Source: a virus
Taxonomy: Duplodnaviria; Heunggongvirae; Uroviricota; Caudoviricetes
Reading direction: 5' to 3' (one strand)
Virus record (IMG/VR): IMGVR_UViG_3300037461_000469
Location: 29,752-93,751 of that record
Length of the DNA stretch: 64,000 bases
In this document: piece after piece, positions 36,177-42,281 of the stretch
Position numbering within the stretch: position 1 is the first letter of the stretch
Layout of the letters: every line of letters starts with the position of its first letter
Notes under the pieces: generated by a model
The model's database searches: none
Told to the model about the DNA's origin: nothing
What the model saw: the letters and a program-made list of their open reading frames with translations, nothing else
Made by a program: the position numbers and the translations under genes

Positions 36177-36247
36177 TGGGTCTAGAGGGAATCGAACCCC
36201 CATCTTCAGGTTAAAGGCCTGCTCGTCTACCGTTGACATATAAACCC
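36177..36247 (-). tRNA. tRNA-Lys(TTT)-like with C32-C33 anticodon loop (CCTTTAA)
   Basis: Canonical D and T arms; AC stem CAGG/CCTG with a 27:43 mismatch. Confidence 0.5.
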
Positions 36248-36254
36248 ATAAAAG

Positions 36255-36325
36255 TGAAGCCGGAGGGAATCGAACCCACATAGATTGATTAAGAGTCAAC
36301 TATTCTTCCGTTGAATTACGGCTCC
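36255..36325 (-). tRNA. tRNA-Lys(CTT)
   Basis: AC GTTGA-CTCTTAA-TCAAT. Confidence 0.65.
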
Positions 36326-36329
36326 ATAA

Positions 36330-36480
36330 AACCGACAGGTTGAAATTTATATTTCAACTTTCCTACTTTTCCATCGTATCTTTACCTTCTAGATTAGGTG
36401 TAGGAATCGTCTATCTGTCTAGTATTCCTCTAGAAAACACGCAAACGATAGTGTGTACTCTATCCACACCGCTGTCGGTT
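36330..36480 (-). ncRNA. structured RNA element S2 (paralog of S1)
   Basis: Termini ACCGACAG / CTGTCGGT are complementary; conserved internal block; internal 8-bp hairpin GTTGAAAT/ATTTCAAC. Confidence 0.45.
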
Positions 36481-36494
36481 AAAATTGCAAAAAA

Positions 36495-36568
36495 TGGTGA
36501 GGCCGAGAAGAATCGAACTTCTATAGATTGATTAAAAGTCAACTATTCTGCCGTTGAATTACGACCCC
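36495..36568 (-). tRNA. tRNA-Lys(TTT)
   Basis: AC GTTGA-CTTTTAA-TCAAT; CCA encoded. Confidence 0.7.
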
Positions 36569-36575
36569 ACAAAAC

Positions 36576-36657
36576 TGCCTAGGGTGGGATTTGAACCCAC
36601 ATGAGCCGAAGCCCAACGGATTTTAAGTCCGCACGGTATACATTCCACCACCTAGGC
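36576..36657 (-). tRNA. tRNA-Leu(TAA), type II
   Basis: Acceptor GCCTAGG/CCTAGGC; AC GCGGA-CTTAAAA-TCCGT. Confidence 0.7.
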
Positions 36658-36670
36658 GTAATAATTCAAA

Positions 36671-36746
36671 TGGTGGCAAGGGGAGGAATCGAACCTCCAT
36701 TTCCCGCTCTTCAGGCGGGTGCTATGACCACGTAAGCGACCTTGCC
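36671..36746 (-). tRNA. tRNA-Phe(GAA)
   Basis: AC CCCGC-CTGAAGA-GCGGG; CCA encoded. Confidence 0.75.
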
Positions 36747-36748
36747 TT

Positions 36749-36834
36749 TGGTGTTGCTGAAAGGCATCGAACCTTCACCCCTTACGGGACAGGACTCTCA
36801 TTCCTGCGTGTCTACCAAGTTACACCACAGCAAC
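36749..36834 (-). tRNA. tRNA-Leu(GAG), type II
   Basis: AC CAGGA-ATGAGAG-TCCTG; CCA encoded. Confidence 0.65.
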
Positions 36835-36842
36835 ATAAAAAA

Positions 36843-36921
36843 TGGCGGGGGCGAAGAGATTCGAACTCCTAACTCACAGGGGTTAACGGCCCCCGGTTCT
36901 ACCGATTAGAACTACACCCCC
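36843..36921 (-). tRNA. tRNA-Asn(GTT) with C33 (loop CCGTTAA)
   Basis: AC GGGGG-CCGTTAA-CCCCT; CCA encoded; 7-nt variable region. Confidence 0.6.
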
Positions 36922-37176
36922 ACTCTAACATCATGCATATTGATGATGATTATTCTTCGTAAAAGTCCGAAGTCAAAATAAATTTCAAATCTGCGATTGT
37001 TTTTAGCAAAGGTCAAATGGGAGCCTAATTCAATACAGCCGTCAAAAGCCTTTGCCCAAGTAAAGTAAATTTTTTTGTGTCTAAAAAGTCTAAACTCTTT
37101 CTCCACTAAAAAAGGACTTCTGTTGTACTCACAATCATGTTCATCTTCTTTTTTCATTTTTACCTCTTGTTAATTT

Positions 37177-37250
37177 TGGAGCGGGTAGAGGTAGTCGAAA
37201 CCTCATCCTTTGGTTGGAAGCCAAATATTCTACCGTTGAACTACACCCGC
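37177..37250 (-). tRNA. tRNA-Gly(TCC) (U73)
   Basis: AC TTTGG-CTTCCAA-CCAAA; T-loop TTCGACT; CCA encoded. Confidence 0.75.
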
Positions 37251-37310
37251 AAGCGGACGAAAATATTAGAAATTTGAAATTCGAATTTCACAAAAACACT
37301 AAATATATGT

Positions 37311-37931
37311 ATGGGATTAATAAAAGGACATTGTAGCCATTGTGGAAAAAATTTTTCAAAAAAAGGGTCTATTGAAAACTATAACCGATGGAAAACTCAT
37401 TTTTGTTCGAAAGACTGTCAAGATAAATATAAAATGACAAAAATAAAAGTGATTTGTAAAAACTGCAATAAAGAATTTGAAAAACAACTGAAACGAATAG
37501 TAACTAATAATTTCTGTTCTTCTTCTTGTGCCGCTATTTATAATAACACTCACAAAACAAAAGGAACCCGAACATCAAAGTTAGAGGTTTGGCTTCAGGA
37601 ACAACTACGAACTCTGTATCCAAAAGAAGAAATTCTTTTCAACGATAAGACCGCTATTAACTCAGAGTTGGATATTTACTTCCCTCGTCTAAAATTAGCC
37701 TTTGAATTGAACGGTATTTTTCATTACGAACCAATTTACGGGAAAGAAAAACTTGAACAAATTCAAAACAACGACCAAAGAAAATTTCTTCTTTGTCAAC
37801 AAAAAGGAATCTCGCTTTGCGTGATTGATGCTTCGAAAGAAAATTATTTCAAAGAAGAACGAAGCAAAAAATATTTAGATATTGTTATTGATATTTTTCA
37901 AAAGGCGGCGAAGGGAGTCGCACCCATTTAG
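37311..37931 (+). CDS. putative homing endonuclease, Zn-ribbon + Vsr-like (DUF559/PD-(D/E)xK) nuclease domain, paralog 1
   Basis: N-terminal CxxC pairs; C-terminal LDIYFPRLKLAFELNGIFHY matches the Vsr core D-I-x-F-P..KLA...G.F.H; AT-rich; the 3' end overlaps tRNA-Cys. Confidence 0.5.
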   Translation: MGLIKGHCSHCGKNFSKKGSIENYNRWKTHFCSKDCQDKYKMTKIKVICKNCNKEFEKQLKRIVTNNFCSSSCAAIYNNTHKTKGTRTSKLEVWLQEQLRTLYPKEEILFNDKTAINSELDIYFPRLKLAFELNGIFHYEPIYGKEKLEQIQNNDQRKFLLCQQKGISLCVIDASKENYFKEERSKKYLDIVIDIFQKAAKGVAPI

Positions 37932-37973
37932 ACGGTTTTGCAGACCGCTGCCTAACTGTTCGGCCACGCCGTC
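37903..37973 (-). tRNA. tRNA-Cys(GCA)-like, non-canonical T-loop TGCGACT
   Basis: AC GCGGT-CTGCAAA-ACCGT; acceptor has one A:C mismatch; overlaps the 3' end of Vsr-like paralog 1. Confidence 0.4.
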
Positions 37974-37978
37974 CTACA

Positions 37979-38061
37979 CGGAGAGAGCAAGATTCGAACT
38001 TGCGCCCCTTTCGGGGAACGGCTTTCGAAACCGCCACGATAGACCACTCTGACATCTCTCC
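37979..38061 (-). tRNA. tRNA-Ser(CGA), type II
   Basis: AC GCGGT-TTCGAAA-GCCGT; paralog of the Ser(GGA) gene. Confidence 0.7.
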
Positions 38062-38065
38062 ACAA

Positions 38066-38136
38066 AGCGGATTATCGGCTCTGCCCCGATACTCCAACGT
38101 TGGCAACGTTGGGTGCTACTATTACACCAAACCCGC
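38066..38136 (-). tRNA. tRNA-Gly(GCC), compact non-canonical subfamily (U73; T-loop GGCAGAG)
   Basis: GCGGGTT|TG|GTGT-AATAGTA-GCAC|C|CAACG-TTGCCAA-CGTTG|GAGT|ATCGG-GGCAGAG-CCGAT|AATCCGC. Confidence 0.5.
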
Positions 38137-38145
38137 AGAAATTCG

Positions 38146-38217
38146 CACCCCTACTAGGATTCGAACCCAGTCTCAATCGTTCGAAGCGATTGTTGCTTTC
38201 CATTACATCATAGGGGC
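38146..38217 (-). tRNA. tRNA-Arg(TCG)
   Basis: AC AATCG-CTTCGAA-CGATT; G1:U72. Confidence 0.65.
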
Positions 38218-38222
38218 ATAAT

Positions 38223-38376
38223 ACCGCTAGGCGGGGCTTGATTCCCGCTGACCGTTATCTAGCCATTGTAGTTTAACCGTATCACTTGCCACCCTGGTCT
38301 TTCGGGCTACGGGTTCTGTCCAATTGAGGACATAGGCGTTCGCTACAATGCGGTGTCCTTCCACGCCGCTAGCGGT
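38223..38376 (-). ncRNA. structured RNA element S3 (paralog of S1/S2)
   Basis: Termini ACCGCTAG / CTAGCGGT pair; the two changed positions on one strand are matched by the complementary changes on the other (covariation relative to S1/S2); T-arm-like hairpin GCGGG...CCCGC next to the 3' strand. Confidence 0.45.
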
Positions 38377-38455
38377 TATCAGAAAGGACAACGCAAAGCG
38401 ATGTCCCAACTCTTTCTACACTTGATTACCACGGTAGATGAGATAGATGAAATTA

Positions 38456-38529
38456 TGGAGCCGCTGAATGGAATTGCACCAATATTTCTTGTTTACCGAA
38501 CAAGCGGTCTGCTATTGAACTACAGCGGC
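38456..38529 (-). tRNA. tRNA-Thr(GGT), non-canonical subfamily (D-loop AATAGCA, T-loop TGCAATT, C33)
   Basis: AC CTTGT-TCGGTAA-ACAAG; CCA encoded. Confidence 0.5.
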
Positions 38530-38701
38530 ATTTACGTAATGAAGCGTTGGATGCTACGATATGAAAACGGTTCAAAGCCACCTGACGAGAACGATTCGCC
38601 AAAACCCGCTTACGAAACGGGTATTTTGCCAATTAAATTAAGGTGGCATAAAAAAGAGCCATAAAAGAGATTCGAAAATGAGATTTTCACTAAATAGTAG
38701 T

Positions 38702-39364
38702 ATGAGTATAGAAAAAGATATTTTGTATTGTAATTATTGTCATAAAAAACTTGAAAGGGTTTGGGTGCGATATGGAAAAAGAGCAACCCAAAATCACTAT
38801 TGCTCTGCTGACTGTTTACATCAATTTAGAAATAAAGCACAATTAGTTTCTTGTAAAAATTGCGGAAAAGAATTTATGAAAAGATTAGACCAAATTAAAA
38901 AATTCCCTAATAATTTTTGTTCCCAATCTTGCGCCGCCATTTATAATAATGCTCACAAAACAAAAGGAACCCGAACTTCAAAACTTGAAGTTTGGTTACA
39001 GGGGCGATTACGAACCCTTTACCCTAACGAAGAAATTCTTTTCAACGATAAAACTGCTATCAACTCCGAATTAGATATTTACTTTCCTCGTTTGAAGTTG
39101 GCTTTTGAGTTGAATGGTATCTTCCATTACGAACCTATATACGGAAAAGAAAAACTTACACAAATTCAAAACAACGACCAAAGAAAGTTTTTACTTTGCC
39201 ATCAAAAAGGAATTTCGCTTTGTGTAATTGACACATCGAAACAGAAATACTTTAAAAAAGAACAAAGTGAAAAATATTTAAAAATCATAACAGATATAAT
39301 TCAGCCGCCGGAGGAAATTGCATCCCCAACATCCGCATTACAGGTGCGGCACTCTGCTAATTGA
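38702..39364 (+). CDS. Vsr-like homing endonuclease paralog 2
   Basis: About 75% identical to paralog 1 over the nuclease domain; start set at the MSIEKDILYC shared with paralog 3; C-terminal read-through into the tRNA-Thr gene. Confidence 0.5.
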   Translation: MSIEKDILYCNYCHKKLERVWVRYGKRATQNHYCSADCLHQFRNKAQLVSCKNCGKEFMKRLDQIKKFPNNFCSQSCAAIYNNAHKTKGTRTSKLEVWLQGRLRTLYPNEEILFNDKTAINSELDIYFPRLKLAFELNGIFHYEPIYGKEKLTQIQNNDQRKFLLCHQKGISLCVIDTSKQKYFKKEQSEKYLKIITDIIQPPEEIASPTSALQVRHSAN

Positions 39365-39375
39365 GTTACGGCGGC
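39303..39375 (-). tRNA. tRNA-Thr(TGT), non-canonical subfamily (T-loop TGCAATT, C33)
   Basis: Acceptor GCCGCCG/CGGCGGC; AC CCGCA-CCTGTAA-TGCGG; overlaps the 3' end of Vsr-like paralog 2. Confidence 0.5.
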
Positions 39376-39403
39376 ATCAAATATATTTAATTTAAAACCG
39401 AAA

Positions 39404-39476
39404 AATTTCTACGGGGAGTCGAACCCCGATTTTCTGGTTGCAGGCCAGATGTACGCCCGTTATACTATAGCCCCAT
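39404..39476 (-). tRNA. tRNA-Ala(TGC)-like with mismatched 5' acceptor strand (possible 5'-editing substrate or pseudogene)
   Basis: Canonical D, AC (TCTGG-CCTGCAA-CCAGA) and T arms, but 5' GGGGCTA against 3' TAGAAAT leaves G:A mismatches at positions 2-4. Confidence 0.35.
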
Positions 39477-39577
39477 AATAAAGGGTATGGTATTAAAGAA
39501 ATATTGCAAAATAACAGAGAGGGGAAATAATTCAAAACCTTATCTTGTCTAGAATGATAAGATTCTTTTTCTTTCAC

Positions 39578-39653
39578 GTGTGCCGTTGGGATTTGAACCC
39601 AAGCCTCCCGCCTTCTGCGGCGGGTGTGCTATCCAGCCTACACCATTAGCACA
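39578..39653 (-). tRNA. tRNA of undetermined specificity (palindromic anticodon arm CCCGCC-GCAGAA-GGCGGG)
   Basis: Canonical D-loop AGGCTGGATA and T-loop TTCAAAT; anticodon loop is 6 or 8 nt long, not 7. Confidence 0.4.
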
Positions 39654-39681
39654 ACTCCTCTCCGAACTTATAAGTTCAATG

Positions 39682-39753
39682 TTGTCGTGGGTGGGGTCGA
39701 ACCACCATTGAGCGATTATAAGTCGCCTCGCCTGCCAATTGGCGGACACGACA
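39682..39753 (-). tRNA. tRNA-Ile(TAT) (U1:A72)
   Basis: AC GGCGA-CTTATAA-TCGCT; T-loop TTCGACC. Confidence 0.65.
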
Positions 39754-39759
39754 ATATTC

Positions 39760-39799
39760 AAAATAAAATTAAATACTGCGGGGCGGGTGGTCCCGCCCC
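39760..39799 (-). terminator. intrinsic terminator (minus-strand direction)
   Basis: 8-bp GC stem GGGGCGGG/CCCGCCCC followed, in the minus sense, by a U-rich tract. Confidence 0.5.
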
Positions 39800-40387
39800 A
39801 AAAAGTTATAATGGATGACCGCCGACAGAGACTTGACGCATGAAGGCGGTACTTAGGCAGATGTAGGCTCGTATGATTGGCCCACTTCGCCTTAACCTAA
39901 GTCAATCTTGGTGCGGGGCTATTGGTAACACCGTGGTCAAACAGCATTACCAACAGCCTGACCTTCCGCACACTTTCCAAACACTCTAATTTGAACCTAC
40001 AGAAATCCACGAATGTCGCACCACCAACGAATTTCTGACGATTCTCTTTTACCATAATTACTGACCGCTAATGGAATTGTTCCGAATCTCTGTGCGATTG
40101 AGAATGGTTCCGCTAACTGTATTAAAAGCACCACCCCTGTCCCATCATAATCCAAAATCTAAATGATTTCGCAGGGTGGCTGACTTAAAATCGAATCTTA
40201 CTCAGGGGCTAACAGGTTCCACGACAACCCGTTGCCTCTGAGTTCCGTCTAATCTTTTTAATTTTAATTATGTCCGCTGACCTAAATCTCAGGCCTTGGT
40301 CGTGGAAAGGTCAAAGATTTATTTCTGCCAACGGATTCAAAGGTGGTGTCCTTATAAGGGACAACCTTCCAACCTAAGAACAAAATG

Positions 40388-40472
40388 TGCCGCGGGGTAG
40401 AATTGCACTACCAACGCCTTGCGGCGAACGGTTTTACAGACCGCTAGGCTCACTACGCTGCCCAACCACGGC
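40388..40472 (-). tRNA. tRNA-Tyr(GTA), type II, T-loop TGCAATT
   Basis: AC GCGGT-CTGTAAA-ACCGT; variable arm hairpin CGCC-GCAA-GGCG. Confidence 0.55.
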
Positions 40473-40478
40473 ATAAAG

Positions 40479-40549
40479 TCCCCAATGACGGTACTGCCCC
40501 GCCGTCTGACGATTATCGGTCGCCGGTTCTGCTATTGAACTAAATGGGG
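40479..40549 (-). tRNA. tRNA-Ile(GAT), compact non-canonical subfamily (C33; T-loop GGCAGTA)
   Basis: CCCCATT|TA|GTTC-AATAGCA-GAAC|C|GGCGA-CCGATAA-TCGTC|AGAC|GGCGG-GGCAGTA-CCGTC|ATTGGGG. Confidence 0.45.
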
Positions 40550-40612
40550 ATGTATTGCTGACGGGGATTGAAAATTTTATTCCGATTTCTTTCAAAAACA
40601 CTAAATAATAGT

Positions 40613-41224
40613 ATGAGTATTAGCAAAGAAATTTTGTATTGTGATTATTGCCACAAAAACTTCAATGGATGGGTTCGTAATAAAAATAGGGAAAAAGAAA
40701 AACACTACTGTTCCCGATATTGTTATCGTCAAGCCAAAATCACAAAACAAACCGTTTCCTGTAAAAATTGCGGAAAAGAATTTGAAAAAACATTAGGTGA
40801 AATTAAAAAATATTCAAATCATTTTTGTTCTCACTCTTGTCGTGCCATTTATCAAAACACCCACAAAACAAAAGGAACCCGAATATCGAAGTTGGAAATT
40901 TGGCTTCGGGAACAATTACGAACTCTTTACCCTGACGAAGAAATTCTTTTCAACGATAAAACCACCATCAACTCTGAATTGGATATTTATTTTCCAAACC
41001 GCAAATTGGCCTTCGAACTAAATGGAATTTTCCATTACGAACCAATTTACGGAAAAGAAAAACTTACACAAATTCAAAACAATGACCAACGTAAGTTTTT
41101 ACTTTGCCAACAAAAAAATATTTCTCTTTGTGTGATTGATGCTTCAAAAGAAAATTACTTTAAAGAAGAACGAAGTAAAAAATATTTGAATATTATTATC
41201 AATATTATTAATAATCAAAAGTAG
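40613..41224 (+). CDS. Vsr-like homing endonuclease paralog 3
   Basis: Same domain layout; its stop overlaps the 3' end of tRNA-Glu. Confidence 0.5.
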   Translation: MSISKEILYCDYCHKNFNGWVRNKNREKEKHYCSRYCYRQAKITKQTVSCKNCGKEFEKTLGEIKKYSNHFCSHSCRAIYQNTHKTKGTRISKLEIWLREQLRTLYPDEEILFNDKTTINSELDIYFPNRKLAFELNGIFHYEPIYGKEKLTQIQNNDQRKFLLCQQKNISLCVIDASKENYFKEERSKKYLNIIINIINNQK

Positions 41225-41293
41225 CCCTGCGGGTAATCGAAACCCGACCTAAAGATTGAGGGTCTTTCATCCTGACCGTTAGACGACAGGGCC
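41222..41293 (-). tRNA. tRNA-Glu(CTC) with C33 (loop CCCTCAA)
   Basis: AC AAAGA-CCCTCAA-TCTTT; T-loop TTCGATT. Confidence 0.6.
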
Positions 41294-41319
41294 AATTACT
41301 CTACAGTAACAAAAAATCT

Positions 41320-41390
41320 CCACCCTGTGATACTCAGGGATTGGCGGCAGATACGCCGCTGTCCTATTATGTTAGACGATGGAGAAAATA
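41320..41390 (-). pseudogene. degenerate tRNA-like element
   Basis: Has an acceptor-like stem and T-like hairpin CCCTG-AGTATCA-CAGGG, but the anticodon hairpin has a 6-nt loop. Confidence 0.25.
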
Positions 41391-41394
41391 TTTC

Positions 41395-41469
41395 TTGGTA
41401 GCCCCACGGAGAATTGAACTCCGACTCCGAGATTGAAAATCTCGTGTCCTGACCATTAGACGATGGAGC
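41395..41469 (-). tRNA. tRNA-Glu(TTC)
   Basis: AC CGAGA-TTTTCAA-TCTCG; T-loop TTCAATT; CCA encoded. Confidence 0.75.
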
Positions 41470-41481
41470 CATAAAATTGCT

Positions 41482-41557
41482 TTGGTCGCAGAGGAAAGAT
41501 TCGAACTTTCGGCTACAAGTTTATGAAACTCGTTCCTTAGCCACTAGGATACTCTGC
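41482..41557 (-). tRNA. tRNA-Met(CAT), elongator (or Ile2)
   Basis: Acceptor CGCAGAG/CTCTGCG fully paired; AC CGAGT-TTCATAA-ACTTG. Confidence 0.7.
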
Positions 41558-41562
41558 GAAAA

Positions 41563-41638
41563 ATGGTAGCGGGTCAGGGAATCGAACCCTGCTCAGGGGT
41601 GGTTATGAGCCACCTGAAACACCTTGCCTCCCACCCGC
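41563..41638 (-). tRNA. tRNA-Met(CAT), initiator-like (1:72 mismatch, A11:U24)
   Basis: U1:U72 mismatch; D-stem GAGG/TTTC gives A11:U24; AC GGTGG-CTCATAA-CCACC. Confidence 0.55.
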
Positions 41639-42281
41639 AATAAAAATACAAATGGAATAACCTTTGGTTACTTGATTTACATAAATCTAAACTTTCCACT
41701 TATCACTAAAAATGGTGATGAGTGGAAATAATAAAATATTTCACGCCGCAAGCAAGGCCACATCCAAGTACTCGTTGCCGAAATACAAAAATGGGGGCAA
41801 CCCCTGCTCCACGGCACTATTGCTAACCTCTTGTGGTTTTTTGAGTATAGGAACTAGGATACGACTTCCGAGTACCACTCCCCACGGCTCACCACTAACC
41901 TCAATAAAAATCTTTCTGACCGCCGAATTTCACGGGATACTTTGGGTCATACTAGATTTAAAATTGCTACTTCTTTTTTTACATCTTGGTGAAAAAGAAT
42001 ACGAAGAAAAAACACCATCTTATAAAAGTGCTAGAAGTCAGCCACCACTACGGAAGAGCGTTTTATACACGTCTGCGAACTGCCTTTAAACTTCAGCCGC
42101 CATTCGTCAATGGCGAACTCGTAGATACAGGGACGATATGCCCTGCGGTGGCTGACTTCAAAATTGCAAGAGTCGAACTAGCCCTCTACGGCGTGAACGC
42201 TGAACCCGCACGTCTGCAAGGCTACTCGTAGAGTGGAATGACGGCTCTCTGCCGTTGGCTAATCCGACTCATAAAAAAGCA

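Noticed and set aside
36340-36531. Plus-strand ORF of 63 aa
   Set aside because: It lies entirely within the structured element S2 and tRNA-Lys on the opposite strand, with no RBS. Likely non-coding.
36912-37157. 81-aa minus-strand ORF between tRNA-Asn and tRNA-Gly
   Set aside because: Its stop overlaps the tRNA-Asn 5' end by 10 nt and it has no recognisable motif. Kept out of the feature list as uncertain.
38227-38664. ORFs 38227..38409 (minus) and 38353..38664 (plus)
   Set aside because: They overlap element S3 and tRNA-Thr(GGT). Low-complexity, no RBS, and not coupled to neighbours.
39830-40385. tmRNA (ssrA) or group II intron domain V in the 550-nt non-coding segment
   Set aside because: By eye I found no tRNA-like 3' end with T-loop + CCA, no tag-peptide reading frame ending ...ALAA-stop, and no GAGC...GUUC domain V consensus. 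Left as an unassigned structured region.
41712-42231. Plus-strand ORFs of 125 aa and 81 aa in the non-coding region
   Set aside because: Mutually overlapping, no RBS, antisense to a promoter-driven minus-strand transcript, and with odd composition. Treated as non-coding.
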